From positions 3,096 to 67,095 of the forward strand of contig JAAYEK010000151.1 of assembly GCA_012728785.1 (NCBI GenBank): a DNA stretch of 64,000 nucleotides, read 5' to 3'. A program made the position numbers and the translations under genes. The notes beneath the pieces are model-generated. The model ran no database searches. It saw nothing but the letters and a program-made list of their open reading frames with translations, and had not been told where the DNA came from. This DNA is from Bacillota bacterium (lineage in GTDB: Bacteria > Bacillota > UBA4882 > UBA8346). Position 1 is the stretch's first letter, and each line of letters opens with the position of its first letter. Shown here one piece after another: positions 9,809 through 20,623 of this stretch.

Positions 9809-10603
9809 TTACACCTCCGCAGTGGATTTACGCCAACGACTTAAACGACCGCGTAATCTAAAAATAGCTTTAGTATGTATCTGTGAAACACGAGACTCAG
9901 AAATTTCCATAATCTCGCCGATCTCTTTCAGAGTCAATCCTTCATAATAGTATAATGCAATTACCATCCTCTCCCTTTCGGGTAGACTTTCTATAGCATT
10001 GGCCAAAGTTGTTTTAACTTCTTCAATTTCAACTTGATGTAAGGGATCTTCACTGTCATTATTTTTTACCAGATCCAATACCCGGACTGAATCATCATCA
10101 TTTGAATGCACCATCCATAATTCATCAAGGGAACTTAAAGTAGTACAACTTACTTCGGATAATAACTGATAAAAATCTTGAATACTGATATTCATAACTT
10201 CGCTAATTTCTTGGTCCGTAGCAGAACGGCCTAAACGGTTCTCAAGTTCCGCGCAAGCCCTTTCCAATTCACGAGCTTTTTGACGCACCGAACGCGGAAC
10301 CCAGTCGTTACTTCGCAACCCATCAAGAATAGCTCCCCGAATTCTGGCGATAGCATAAGTCTCGAACTTTATGCCCCGGGAAAGGTCGTATTTTTCAATC
10401 GCATCCATCAACCCAAATACTCCGAAACTAACTAAATCATCGAATTCAACGTTAGACGGTAGGCCAATCGCAACTCTACCTGCAACATACTTTACCAATG
10501 GAGCATATTTTAAGATAATTGTTTCTCTGGTGGCCGGTGATTTAGAAATCAAATAACTTTGCCATAAAGCTTCATCGTTTTGAGCCGTTTTATCAACTGA
10601 CAT
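9809..10603 (-). CDS. sigD: Flagellar sigma factor (SigD/FliA/WhiG)
   Basis: KFETYAIARIRGAILDGLRSNDWVPRSVRQKA; ISESRVSQIHTKA. Confidence 0.96.
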   Translation of the reverse strand: MSVDKTAQNDEALWQSYLISKSPATRETIILKYAPLVKYVAGRVAIGLPSNVEFDDLVSFGVFGLMDAIEKYDLSRGIKFETYAIARIRGAILDGLRSNDWVPRSVRQKARELERACAELENRLGRSATDQEISEVMNISIQDFYQLLSEVSCTTLSSLDELWMVHSNDDDSVRVLDLVKNNDSEDPLHQVEIEEVKTTLANAIESLPERERMVIALYYYEGLTLKEIGEIMEISESRVSQIHTKAIFRLRGRLSRWRKSTAEV

Positions 10604-10663
10604 AGCTACCCTCCTTACTCTGATAATCCCGAACCTTCCAGCATTCAGTAGATTTTTATCAAT

Positions 10664-11149
10664 TTAAGACAACGTTACCGTTCCATTTATCGTTCTAACT
10701 TGAATCGTTCCGCTCTCCAAATCCATTGTAACACTTTTTCCGGTATTGCTACCTACACAACGACCGGAAACTTTTAAACCCATTTTTTTACAAGACTCTT
10801 CAATCGCCTGTAAATTACGCTCGCCAATTTTCAGACGTTCATTCTTGATCTCATTGGCAAACATTTCAGCGCCTCCAACCAGTTTGACATCTAAGCGTTC
10901 AAACTTGGCGCCGGCTTTCGTCATCTCCTCTAGTAAAAAAGGAAGAGCAGTATCGCCAAATTTAGCCCGGTTTTGATTATCGGTAGCCATCGAACTTGAT
11001 GGGAGCATCACATGAACAATCCCCCCAACTTTGACTTCCGGATCATAAACACAAATAGCTATACAAGAACCAAGTCCTAATGCAGCAATTTTTTTAGGCG
11101 CTCTTGCAATTTTTAACTCAGCCATTCCGACCTTTACTACTTCTTCCAT
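10664..11149 (-). CDS. cheD: Chemoreceptor glutamine deamidase CheD
   Basis: GLGSCIA, GGIVHVMLP, KLVGGAEMF, IGERN. Confidence 0.95.
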   Translation of the reverse strand: MEEVVKVGMAELKIARAPKKIAALGLGSCIAICVYDPEVKVGGIVHVMLPSSSMATDNQNRAKFGDTALPFLLEEMTKAGAKFERLDVKLVGGAEMFANEIKNERLKIGERNLQAIEESCKKMGLKVSGRCVGSNTGKSVTMDLESGTIQVRTINGTVTLS

Positions 11150-11763
11150 TCAACTTCTACTCCAAGAGCGTCTAGTAATACATCCAACGCACCGGGGTCG
11201 GGGACTAAGAAGAAATGGCCGTTGATCTTTCTTTGAGTAAGACTAAATTGCGTCTGAATAAATAAGGCATAGTCGCCGATAATCCCGAACTCCAATAAAG
11301 CTGTATTTAAAATTGCGCCTACCATGTCATTAGCTAAAATTGGGACCGATGATAATACATTATAGCCGGTTAGCTTAGTTAAAGCATAAAGATAAGCGCC
11401 GGTCATAATATTACCTATTTCTTGAAGAGCTGACTTTTCATAGTCGTTTAGTGTCTGTGATTCATTATTATTACCGGTTAACATTCCCGCTAAGGTTAAC
11501 GCTTCTTCTTCGGCGAAAACAAAAATAATTTTGCCGGGGACATCGCCGAACATTCTCATATAGACCCCAACAACTTCTTGTTCGGCGCCACCGAGGATTT
11601 CACTTACTTCTGATAAAGAGACCACCGAAACATTGGGGACTGTCATAGCAATCGGTTCCGATATTAATTGGGATAATGCCGTAGCCGCATGGCCGGCGCC
11701 GATATTTCCAATCTCCTTTAGGACATCTAATTGAAAATTATTAAGATCTCCTATTTTACTCAT
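11137..11763 (-). CDS. cheC: CheY-P phosphatase CheC
   Basis: DVLKEIGNIGAGHAATALS and SALQEIGNIM motifs. Confidence 0.95.
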   Translation of the reverse strand: MSKIGDLNNFQLDVLKEIGNIGAGHAATALSQLISEPIAMTVPNVSVVSLSEVSEILGGAEQEVVGVYMRMFGDVPGKIIFVFAEEEALTLAGMLTGNNNESQTLNDYEKSALQEIGNIMTGAYLYALTKLTGYNVLSSVPILANDMVGAILNTALLEFGIIGDYALFIQTQFSLTQRKINGHFFLVPDPGALDVLLDALGVEVEWKK

Positions 11764-12259
11764 CTTGATCCTCCACTTTTATGGCATCAAGTTCTTTGAT
11801 CTCTTCGGGCGATAAAGCCCGTTCCAGATTGAGCATAATAATTAAACGTTCGTTAATTTTAGCAACGCCGCTTAAGAAGTAAGCATCAACACCTTTAGTG
11901 ATTGGGGGCGCAGTTTCAATGGCCGATACGTTAATCCGGGTGACTTCTACAACAGAGTCAACTACCATCCCAACTTGGCCATCATCAATGTCGACAATAA
12001 TGATCCGCGCCTCATTACTGGTTTGACGGACCACTAATCCGAAACGTTTCCGCAAATCGACAATGGGAATAATATCACCCCGAAGATTAATTACTCCTTC
12101 TACAAAAGCCGGGGATTTGGGGACTCTAGTCACTTGTTGGTCAAGTTTTTCGATTTCCCGAACTTGTAAGATATCGACCCCGAATTCTTCATCACCTAGT
12201 TTGAAAATTACCAACTGTTTACTTTCTTCAACAGTTTCAACTTTATCTTTGAGAGACAT
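11756..12259 (-). CDS. cheW: Chemotaxis coupling protein CheW
   Basis: VIFKLGDEEFGVDI, GVINLRGDIIPIVDLR. Confidence 0.95.
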   Translation of the reverse strand: MSLKDKVETVEESKQLVIFKLGDEEFGVDILQVREIEKLDQQVTRVPKSPAFVEGVINLRGDIIPIVDLRKRFGLVVRQTSNEARIIIVDIDDGQVGMVVDSVVEVTRINVSAIETAPPITKGVDAYFLSGVAKINERLIIMLNLERALSPEEIKELDAIKVEDQDE

Positions 12260-12280
12260 CCGCTTGTCCTCCTTAGCAAA

Positions 12281-12324
12281 GTATGAAGTGTGAAGTTTGA
12301 AGTTAAAACTTACACTTCCGAGTT
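12281..12324. repeat. Short heptamer-based imperfect inverted repeat between cheA and cheW
   Basis: tgaagtg tgaagtt tgaagtt followed by the complementary aactt-acactt. Confidence 0.45.
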
Positions 12325-12357
12325 TAATATCAATAAATTTTTGATCTAATCGGCAAA

Positions 12358-14310
12358 CTATGCGGCAACGGCTCTAAGATCCAAAATTAGTGCGACACGC
12401 CCATCACCAAGGATAGTCGCGCCGGATATTCCCTTAATAGATCCCAGATAACTGCCTAAAGATTTAATAACTACATCTTGTTGGCGTAATAGACTATCGA
12501 CGATACATCCGATTAATCGGTCTCCGATTCTTAACACTACAACATCCAAATCATCAATCTCGGGATTCTTAGCGCCGGGTGTATCTAGTAGGTCTTGGAG
12601 CCTAACTAAAGGTACTACTTCACCCCGAAGCATAAAAACTTCCTGTTGTCGAATATGCTTAATCTCATCCCTATTTAAACTGGTAATTTGTTCAATATAA
12701 CTTGAAGGAATAGCATATATCTCATTACCCAATTGGATTACCAGAGTTTGAATAATTGCCAAGGTGAGTGGCAATCGAATCGAAATAGTCGAACCCTCAC
12801 CTTCAGTTGAAGCAATACTAACGACACCTCCAAGGGTATTTACTTTATTGCGAACTACATCCATCCCTACTCCCCGTCCGGAAACATCAGAAACTTTGTC
12901 AGCAGTTGAAAAACCGGGAAGAAAGGTTAATTCCAAAATTTGTTCCGGACGCATTTCGGCCAAAGCTTCCGGAGTTACTACTCCGTTTCGAACGGCTTTA
13001 TCCTTCACTTTTTGAAGATTGAAGCCTTTTCCATTATCACTTACAGTAATAATGACGCTATTGCCTTCCTGCCGAGCGCTTAAAATAACTTTTCCTTGTC
13101 TGGATTTGCCTGTCCGTTCCCGTTCCTCAGGAGATTCCAGACCATGATCAATAGAGTTTCGGATAATATGTACCAACGGGTCACCGATTTCATCGATGAC
13201 TGTTCGATCTAATTCCGTTTCAGCACCGTTAATCTCCAATTCAATCTCTTTATTTAATTCTTTAGCCAAATCCCTTACCAACCTTGGAAAACGAGAGAAA
13301 ACCGTTTCCACCGGAATCATTCTGGATTTCATTACGCTGTCTCTCAAGTCGAGGGTCAATCTACCGACTTGTTCAATGACTTCATCAAGGTCTCGGGAAT
13401 TTACGTTGACGCCGATTGATTCCAAACGAGACCTGCTAATAACCAACTCGCCAACGAGATTCATTAAATCGTCAAGCTTTTTAATTTCAACTCGTACCGT
13501 TTGGGTATTAATCTTTTTCTCGACATGATCAACCGCGGATTCTTGTCTCTTTTCAGCCTGAAGTTGATTGAGAGCCGGTTCGTCAACGACTACTTTTTCA
13601 ACATCCATTATATTGGTAATATTCTTAATAAATTCTTCGGGATAACTTGTTGATAACACCCCTACTACGAATCGGGTGTCAAAATTTTCATCCTCCAAAT
13701 CTTTTACTGCCGGTACGCTCCGGATAACTGTTCCCAGTTTTTCCATCTCACGTAAGACCATAAAAACACGGGCGCCTTTTAGTAGGCAATCCTCTACTAA
13801 TGTTACATCAATATGATAAATTTTGGCGCCGCTGGACGTAGCGGAAGTAATCTGTTCTATTTCAGTTTCTAAATAACGCAGGATTAAATTTTGACGTTGT
13901 TCGGTTTTGACAGGCTCCATACCACCGGAAATAAAACGGTGTAAATCTTGGACTGTCCCAGAAATCTCAATATCTTCTTCTTTACCTTCACTAATGGTAG
14001 TAGTTAAGATTTCAAGAGAATCCACCGCTTCAAATAGACAATTCATCAGTTCGGAAGAGACCGTAAGTTCTTTACTGCGTAACTTACCGAGAACATCTTC
14101 CAGGGCATGGGTTAGATTTGCCATCTTATTAAAACCCATTGTCGCCGAAGCCCCTTTAAGAGTATGGGCGGCACGAAAAATCTTGTCTAAAATAGGTACG
14201 TTCTCCGGATCATGCTCCAGTTCTAGCAAAGATTGGTTCAAGGTAAGAAGATGTTCTTGACATTCATCCATAAATACGCTAAGATACTGGGATGTTTCCA
14301 AACTGCTCAC
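12358..14310 (-). CDS. cheA: Chemotaxis histidine kinase CheA
   Basis: Hpt FRAAHTLKG, P2, dimerisation LDDLMNLVGELVI, HATPase RNSIDHG and SGRGVGMDVV, CheW domain. Confidence 0.98.
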   Translation of the reverse strand: MSSLETSQYLSVFMDECQEHLLTLNQSLLELEHDPENVPILDKIFRAAHTLKGASATMGFNKMANLTHALEDVLGKLRSKELTVSSELMNCLFEAVDSLEILTTTISEGKEEDIEISGTVQDLHRFISGGMEPVKTEQRQNLILRYLETEIEQITSATSSGAKIYHIDVTLVEDCLLKGARVFMVLREMEKLGTVIRSVPAVKDLEDENFDTRFVVGVLSTSYPEEFIKNITNIMDVEKVVVDEPALNQLQAEKRQESAVDHVEKKINTQTVRVEIKKLDDLMNLVGELVISRSRLESIGVNVNSRDLDEVIEQVGRLTLDLRDSVMKSRMIPVETVFSRFPRLVRDLAKELNKEIELEINGAETELDRTVIDEIGDPLVHIIRNSIDHGLESPEERERTGKSRQGKVILSARQEGNSVIITVSDNGKGFNLQKVKDKAVRNGVVTPEALAEMRPEQILELTFLPGFSTADKVSDVSGRGVGMDVVRNKVNTLGGVVSIASTEGEGSTISIRLPLTLAIIQTLVIQLGNEIYAIPSSYIEQITSLNRDEIKHIRQQEVFMLRGEVVPLVRLQDLLDTPGAKNPEIDDLDVVVLRIGDRLIGCIVDSLLRQQDVVIKSLGSYLGSIKGISGATILGDGRVALILDLRAVAA

Positions 14311-14320
14311 CTCCCAAGGT

Positions 14321-14983
14321 TTAAATTAGACCTTTTAAGCGTAATTCCTGCTGTTTATAGATAAATTTAAGGATCTTTTGTTTTTTATTCTCAGCAATGT
14401 CATTAAATCTAAAAGACGTCCAATATAACGTTCTCGGTCCCAAGTCTAGGTTAGGATCTGGTTCCGATCTAACAACTTCAGCTTCTATATAAATCTCCTC
14501 AAATTCCTCATCCGAAGGTAAAATGATTACCATTTGATATTTATCACCAATTTTAAAATGTTCATCGGTTTCAATTTTGATGCCGCCAGCGCTTAAATCC
14601 ACCGAATTCATAGTACAGGCAGCCACTGGAACACCATCACGGTAAAAATATAATACTTCCACCGGAACGTTAACCGTAATTCGAAAATCGGCGCGCCGCT
14701 GTTTACGTTTGATCAAATGAGGAATGTATATTGTTAGATAACCAAAATCACGGGTTGGCGAAGAAATAACCCTGGTTTGAAACTCATACATCGCATCTTT
14801 TTTAAAAACGCAAATATTAAGCAGATCATTTTTTTGGATCGGGATTAAACCCTGATCATTTCGGGGCGCCGTTATTAATAACGCGTTATCTTCACTATTG
14901 ATAACTTTACTATCATAAACACCCTGGTATTTACCGGATGCTATTTCAATTTGAAGATAATCTTCATTTTGGAATATTTTCAT
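14321..14983 (-). CDS. PilZ-domain flagellar brake (YcgR/MotI-like)
   Basis: QRRADFR (RxxxR) and DLSAGG (DxSxxG) c-di-GMP motifs. Confidence 0.88.
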   Translation of the reverse strand: MKIFQNEDYLQIEIASGKYQGVYDSKVINSEDNALLITAPRNDQGLIPIQKNDLLNICVFKKDAMYEFQTRVISSPTRDFGYLTIYIPHLIKRKQRRADFRITVNVPVEVLYFYRDGVPVAACTMNSVDLSAGGIKIETDEHFKIGDKYQMVIILPSDEEFEEIYIEAEVVRSEPDPNLDLGPRTLYWTSFRFNDIAENKKQKILKFIYKQQELRLKGLI

Positions 14984-15854
14984 TGGTCTGATCCACCTGT
15001 TTAAATACTCCTAGTAATCGTTCGAAAAAGGATAAAGGGCCGGTAGTAATTGGAACATCGCCACTGATAAGCTGGTTAGCCATTTCCATAACACTCTGAG
15101 CAACCGCTGAACGCGGATGGCTAAGTACAAAAGGTTGTTGTTGTTTTACCGCTTTAGGAACAACCGTATCCGATGGGATAAACCCCAATCTTACCAAGTC
15201 CATTCCTAAAAAACGCTGGGTCACTGCTGACAAACGTTCCATCACCTCTCCGGCTTCTTTTTCGTTTTTAACCATATTTACAACTACCCGGATGGGAAGT
15301 TCCCGTTTGGTACCGGCGATAACTTTGATGATTCCATAAGCATCAGTGATGGCGGTTGGCTCCGGTGTAGTGATAATAATAACTTCTCCGGCAGCTAAAA
15401 CAAATTTTAAAACACTTTTTGATAAGCCTGCGCCGGTATCGATTAAAATAATATCGGTGGTTTTTTCAAGCTCATTTAGATGTTCCAAACACTGGGTCAA
15501 TTTTTTCTCACCCAGATTGGCCAATTTGTATAAACCTGAACCACCAGGAATTATCTTAATTCCCTCAGGCCCATTTATTAATATATCGGCAATTTTCTTT
15601 TCCCCCAATAGAACATGTCCCAGATTAAATTTGGGAATCATTCCTAACATCACGTCAACATTGGCTAAACCCAAATCAGCATCGACCAATAAAACTTTTT
15701 GGCCCATTTTGGAAAGAGTTATTCCTAGGTTAACTGCAAAACTAGTTTTGCCGACGCCCCCTTTACCACTGGTAATTGTAATAACTCTAGCCGGATTAAC
15801 ATTGGTCATATTTTCTTTAACAATCGCCCTTAATCGTTCCGCTTGGTCCGCCAT
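14964..15854 (-). CDS. flhG: MinD-like flagellar number regulator FlhG
   Basis: MADQAERLR, SGKGGVGKT, DADLGLAN, TPEPTAITDAY. Confidence 0.95.
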   Translation of the reverse strand: MADQAERLRAIVKENMTNVNPARVITITSGKGGVGKTSFAVNLGITLSKMGQKVLLVDADLGLANVDVMLGMIPKFNLGHVLLGEKKIADILINGPEGIKIIPGGSGLYKLANLGEKKLTQCLEHLNELEKTTDIILIDTGAGLSKSVLKFVLAAGEVIIITTPEPTAITDAYGIIKVIAGTKRELPIRVVVNMVKNEKEAGEVMERLSAVTQRFLGMDLVRLGFIPSDTVVPKAVKQQQPFVLSHPRSAVAQSVMEMANQLISGDVPITTGPLSFFERLLGVFKQVDQTNENIPK

Positions 15855-15888
15855 CCAACGACTCCTTAATTAAAAGTATCAAACATCC

Positions 15889-17259
15889 TCAACTTGAAGC
15901 GGTAGTTCGATAATAAGAGCTACCCTTAAACAACTGAGTAATCAATTTATTCGGTTTAGCGACTTCGATATCATCCGGAACATTCTGCCCATTAGTGAAA
16001 TATGAGATTGGACGTTTGGCATTCATAGCCAAACTGACGATGGGCCCTAATGAATTGGTCTCGTCCAATTTGGTAAAAACCAGATGGGTAAAGGCGATTT
16101 TTGAAAAGCTCTCAGCTATGGTCAACATATCTTGATGTTTAGTAGTGGCGCTGATTACTAACAAAATCACACCGATCCGCGAATTGGATAAAAATCGCTG
16201 TAATTCGTCCATCATTGCTTGATTATGAGGACTTCTTCCGGCGGTATCAATTAAAATCAAGTCACAATCCTTTAAATTAGCGATGGATTGGTTCAAATCC
16301 GAAGGAGTATAGACAACTTCCACCGGTAAGTTAATGATATCGCCGTAAGTTTTTAAATGTTCCACGGCTGCGATACGATAAGTATCGATCGTTATTAATC
16401 CTACCTTTTTTCCTTCAAATAAATTATAGTTCGCGGCAAGTTTGGCAATGGTAGTGGTTTTTCCAACCCCGGTGGGGCCGATTAATGCTACTATCTGCTG
16501 TTCGCCTGCTTGTTCCGGCAAAATCGGTTCGGAAAACATTAATTTAGTAGCTAAAATCTGTTGACAATAGATTAAAATTTCTTCTTGGGCATTATTCTCA
16601 AATAGATTGGCTGGGATTTGCAATATCAAATATTCAATAATATCGCCTTCCATTCCTAAACTTTGCAGATGTTGCCGGAGCCACTCGGTATTACCGGTGC
16701 GCTCCGTTTGAGGAATGGATACTCCTACCGGTAACGAATTAGGCTTTGAAGCCACTTGCCGAATTAATTCTTTCATTTCAACAATCTCGTCCCGCAAAGA
16801 TTTTAAACCGGTTTCCGTGGTCACCCCCGCTTCCTTTAATCCTGCAAAAAATGAGTTATCATCAAACACTAAGGCTGGAACCGGTTCTTTTGGCCCCGGA
16901 ACTGATTCCGGAACAGGCGTTGTAATGGGTGTTACAACAGGTTGAACCTGAGTTTGAAGAAGGGTCGGATTTGAGCCCTGCACGTCTATAGCCGCTGGTC
17001 TGGAAGGAGAAACCGGCCTTGTTTCAACAGGAGAGGACGGTTGCGGTTTAACCTCCGTTTTTTTGGAAACCCCTGAATTATCAGTGATTGTTTCATCGAC
17101 TGCAGCGATCACTTCAAAACGGCGTCGACAGAAGAAACCCAAAAAACCTCCTTCTTTGAAAGGCTTGGTATGTAAGATAATCGCGTTTCGCCCTAAATCG
17201 TTTTTGACACGGGTGATCGCTTCTTGAATCGAATCCGCCACATAACGTTTTACTCTCAT
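15889..17259 (-). CDS. flhF: Flagellar SRP GTPase FlhF
   Basis: MRVKRY...DLG.NAIIL, GPTGVGKTTTIAKLAA, DTAGRS, FTKLDET, GQNVPDDI. Confidence 0.97.
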   Translation of the reverse strand: MRVKRYVADSIQEAITRVKNDLGRNAIILHTKPFKEGGFLGFFCRRRFEVIAAVDETITDNSGVSKKTEVKPQPSSPVETRPVSPSRPAAIDVQGSNPTLLQTQVQPVVTPITTPVPESVPGPKEPVPALVFDDNSFFAGLKEAGVTTETGLKSLRDEIVEMKELIRQVASKPNSLPVGVSIPQTERTGNTEWLRQHLQSLGMEGDIIEYLILQIPANLFENNAQEEILIYCQQILATKLMFSEPILPEQAGEQQIVALIGPTGVGKTTTIAKLAANYNLFEGKKVGLITIDTYRIAAVEHLKTYGDIINLPVEVVYTPSDLNQSIANLKDCDLILIDTAGRSPHNQAMMDELQRFLSNSRIGVILLVISATTKHQDMLTIAESFSKIAFTHLVFTKLDETNSLGPIVSLAMNAKRPISYFTNGQNVPDDIEVAKPNKLITQLFKGSSYYRTTASS

Positions 17260-19331
17260 TGATTAACAGACACCACCCCTACAGAATGAACTTCAGCTTC
17301 GGCAACAATTTCGTTATATGAAAGGACAATAATTCTAGCAGCCAATCTTTCCGTCAATTTCCTAAAAGTAAGCCTGACCGCAGGCGAACAAAGGATTACC
17401 GGCTGATATCCCGAAGCAGTCATTTCTTTGATTAATTCACCCAATCGGTCATAAATATTCTGAATCAAACGGGGATCCATCGAGAATCCGCCTGTTTCTT
17501 TAGCTTCTTTTTGAACTTTCATCAATATCTGTTCCAAATTGGGGTCAACTGTTACCACCCGGATAATACCATCGTCAGCCTGAACCATTTTTGTAATTTG
17601 CCTTGCTAAAGACTGACGCACATTTTCCGTTAAATAGTCAAGGTCTTTAGTTAGTGGCGCATGATCCGCCAAAGTCTCCAAAATGGTCACTAAATTTCGA
17701 ACCGGGATGCCTTCTTTTAATAAATTGACTAATACTTTTTGGATTTCGCCAACCGACATCAGATTGGGAATTAACTCATTAACCACAACTGAATATTCTT
17801 CTTTAACGTTGTTAATTAATGACTGAACCTCCTGACGTCCTAACAACTCAAAAGCATGACTCTTAATTATTTCCGTTAAATGAGTGGCTAAGACCGATGG
17901 CGGATCAACCACGGTATACCCGGCAATCTCCGCCTCATCGCGCTGGGCTTCGGTAATCCAAAGAGCCGGTAAACCAAATGCCGGTTCGGTGGTTGGTATC
18001 CCCTCTACCGGTTCGGCAACAATCCCCGGGTCCATTGCTAAATAGTAATTAGGTATTATTTCGCCACTGGCGATTTCAACTCCTTTAATCTTGATCACAT
18101 AAGATGTAGGAGACAACTGCATATTATCGCGAATCCGAATCGGTGGAAGCACCATTCCCAATTCCAACGCGGTTTGACGCCGAATCATGGTCACCCGGTC
18201 AAAAAGGTCGCCCCCTTGATTGGGATCAACCAACGGTATTAAACGATAACCGATCTCCAACTCCATCGGGTCAATTTGCAGTAAAGTATTTACATTTTCA
18301 GGCTTTTGTTCTTCTTCAGCCGCCGGTTCACCCTGGATGGCCATTTCATCGGGAGATTTAAGCTGATTTCTATCTAAATAATAAGCTAAGAAAGCTACTA
18401 TTCCCGCGATGATGAAAAATGGTATTTTCGGCATCCCCGGAATCAAACCGAAAAAAGCGATCATTCCGGAAACAAAGTAGAATATCTTGGGATAAGCCAG
18501 TAATTGCCTGGTTAAGTCTGAACCCAAATTATCCTCGGAAGCGGACCGGGTAACTAAAATGCCGGTAGCAGTTGAAATCAAAAGCGCTGGAACCTGACTG
18601 ACCAAACCGTCCCCTATGGTTAATAAGGAATAAGTTCTCAAGGAATCTTGAATCGTAAATCCCTTTTGAGTAGCTCCAATAACAAACCCGCCGATAATAT
18701 TGATAAACGTAATTAAAATGCCGGCAATAGCATCGCCCTTAACGAATTTACTAGCACCGTCCATAGCGCCGTAAAAGTCAGCTTCCCGCTCAACCTCCCG
18801 CCGTCTGTTCCTGGCATGGTTTTCATCAATTAAACCGGCGTTCAAATCAGCGTCAATACTCATCTGTTTGCCGGGCATTGCATCTAAGGTAAACCTAGCC
18901 GCAACTTCCGCAACCCGTTCCGAACCTTTAGTGATAACCATAAATTGAATGATCGTTAAAATCACAAACATTACAAATCCGACTACATTATTACCCCCCG
19001 CCACAACAGAGCCAAAAGCTTCGATTACCTTACCGGCATTAGCGTCAATTAATATAAGACGGGTTGAGGATACATTTAAGGCCAATCGGAATAAGGTGGT
19101 CAATAGCAACAAAGTTGGAAACACCGAAAATTCGAGACTTTTTTTGACATTCATCGTCAACATTAATATCGCAAAAGCAACACAGATATTAATTGTTAAT
19201 AAAAAATCAAGAACCAATGATGGCAAAGGAATAAGCAACATTGTTAAAATTAGAATAACAATGATAATTACCGAAAGCTCACTAATTTGTAAAAAACGTT
19301 GCGCCATCGAAGGATTTTCCGCCTGGGCCAC
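17256..19331 (-). CDS. flhA: Flagellar export gate protein FlhA
   Basis: ERVAEVAARFTLDAMPGKQMSIDADLNAG; GTG start chosen from the RBS. Confidence 0.98.
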   Translation of the reverse strand: MAQAENPSMAQRFLQISELSVIIIVILILTMLLIPLPSLVLDFLLTINICVAFAILMLTMNVKKSLEFSVFPTLLLLTTLFRLALNVSSTRLILIDANAGKVIEAFGSVVAGGNNVVGFVMFVILTIIQFMVITKGSERVAEVAARFTLDAMPGKQMSIDADLNAGLIDENHARNRRREVEREADFYGAMDGASKFVKGDAIAGILITFINIIGGFVIGATQKGFTIQDSLRTYSLLTIGDGLVSQVPALLISTATGILVTRSASEDNLGSDLTRQLLAYPKIFYFVSGMIAFFGLIPGMPKIPFFIIAGIVAFLAYYLDRNQLKSPDEMAIQGEPAAEEEQKPENVNTLLQIDPMELEIGYRLIPLVDPNQGGDLFDRVTMIRRQTALELGMVLPPIRIRDNMQLSPTSYVIKIKGVEIASGEIIPNYYLAMDPGIVAEPVEGIPTTEPAFGLPALWITEAQRDEAEIAGYTVVDPPSVLATHLTEIIKSHAFELLGRQEVQSLINNVKEEYSVVVNELIPNLMSVGEIQKVLVNLLKEGIPVRNLVTILETLADHAPLTKDLDYLTENVRQSLARQITKMVQADDGIIRVVTVDPNLEQILMKVQKEAKETGGFSMDPRLIQNIYDRLGELIKEMTASGYQPVILCSPAVRLTFRKLTERLAARIIVLSYNEIVAEAEVHSVGVVSVNQ

Positions 19332-19419
19332 TACTAAATACCTCTTTCTCAAATGATAGAAATATTACAAAAGCATCTCGAATACAGGAGTCAGGACTCT
19401 TCAAAGCAGACCAACGGCT

Positions 19420-20610
19420 TTACGCATGTTTTCTCTTTAACCGATATACATAAGCGAGAACCTCGGCCACTGCTTGGAAAAGGTTTTCCGGGATTCCCTC
19501 TCCGATATCGACTGCTTTATAGATGGCTTGGGCCAAAGGTTTATTTTCAACCAAAACCACATCATTAGCTGCAGCGATCTCTTTAATTTTCTGAGCGATA
19601 AAACCCTCACCCTTGGCAACCACCACCGGAGCAGCCATTTTTGTAGAATCATAACGTAAAGCGATGGCCAAATGAGTGGGGTTGGTAATTACCACATCAG
19701 CCTTGGGTACATCCTGCATCATACGGCGCATTGCTATTTCGCGCTGACGTTGTCTAATTTTATTCTTAATCTGAGGATTGCCCTCAGTTTGTTTGAATTC
19801 ATCCTTTACTTCACGTTTGGTCATTCTCAAACTCTTCCGAAATTCCCACCGTTGATAGAAATAATCAAATAGCGCCAGTGCTAATAAAAATAGACATATT
19901 TTAACCGCCACTTGATAAATGATCCGCCAAAGAGCCATTGCCACGTCAAAAGGGGATTGACGAAACATGTCTAAAAACAAGAAAAGATGTTCACGAATGG
20001 TTGAATAGGCAAAATAGAATACAATGACTAACTTGATGATTGATTTGAATAATTCCATGAAACCATGCGCGCTGAATAAACGTTGTAAACCGTTGATGGG
20101 ATTCAGCTTGCTAAACTTAGGCCTTAACGGCTCCATGCTAAACATTGGCCCGACTTGGACTAAATTAATTACCAAACCGATAACCAATGCTCCCAATCCC
20201 AACGGCAGAAATAATCTTAAAAAAATCAAGCAATGGCGAAACAATAGATTCCCTAAATTACTATCATTCAGTTCCGTAACTAATTCACCTGGAGAAAGGA
20301 ACTGTTCGATATAGATAACAAACTCTTTATACAACCATTTTCCTAAAAAATTTAATATAATAAAGAGCGCCAATAAAACGACTACCATATTTAATTCGTT
20401 ACTTCGAGGTACTTGTCCTTTTTTACGAGCTTCTTGCTTACGCCGTGGAGTAGCTTCTTCCGTTTTGTCCGGATCTTGAGCGAAAAATTGAAGATCAAAA
20501 GAATAGGACTGCCGCTTACCACCGAAAACCCGAATATTAGCCAGCCGCTTAAGAACGCTAATCAATAAATTAAATAGTAGACTGATAACTACTAATTGTT
20601 CACTATTCAC
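19420..20610 (-). CDS. flhB: Flagellar export switch protein FlhB
   Basis: DLQFFA...KTEEATPRRK, NPTH autocleavage motif. Confidence 0.97.
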   Translation of the reverse strand: MNSEQLVVISLLFNLLISVLKRLANIRVFGGKRQSYSFDLQFFAQDPDKTEEATPRRKQEARKKGQVPRSNELNMVVVLLALFIILNFLGKWLYKEFVIYIEQFLSPGELVTELNDSNLGNLLFRHCLIFLRLFLPLGLGALVIGLVINLVQVGPMFSMEPLRPKFSKLNPINGLQRLFSAHGFMELFKSIIKLVIVFYFAYSTIREHLFLFLDMFRQSPFDVAMALWRIIYQVAVKICLFLLALALFDYFYQRWEFRKSLRMTKREVKDEFKQTEGNPQIKNKIRQRQREIAMRRMMQDVPKADVVITNPTHLAIALRYDSTKMAAPVVVAKGEGFIAQKIKEIAAANDVVLVENKPLAQAIYKAVDIGEGIPENLFQAVAEVLAYVYRLKRKHA

Positions 20611-20623
20611 TGAAATCCCGCCT

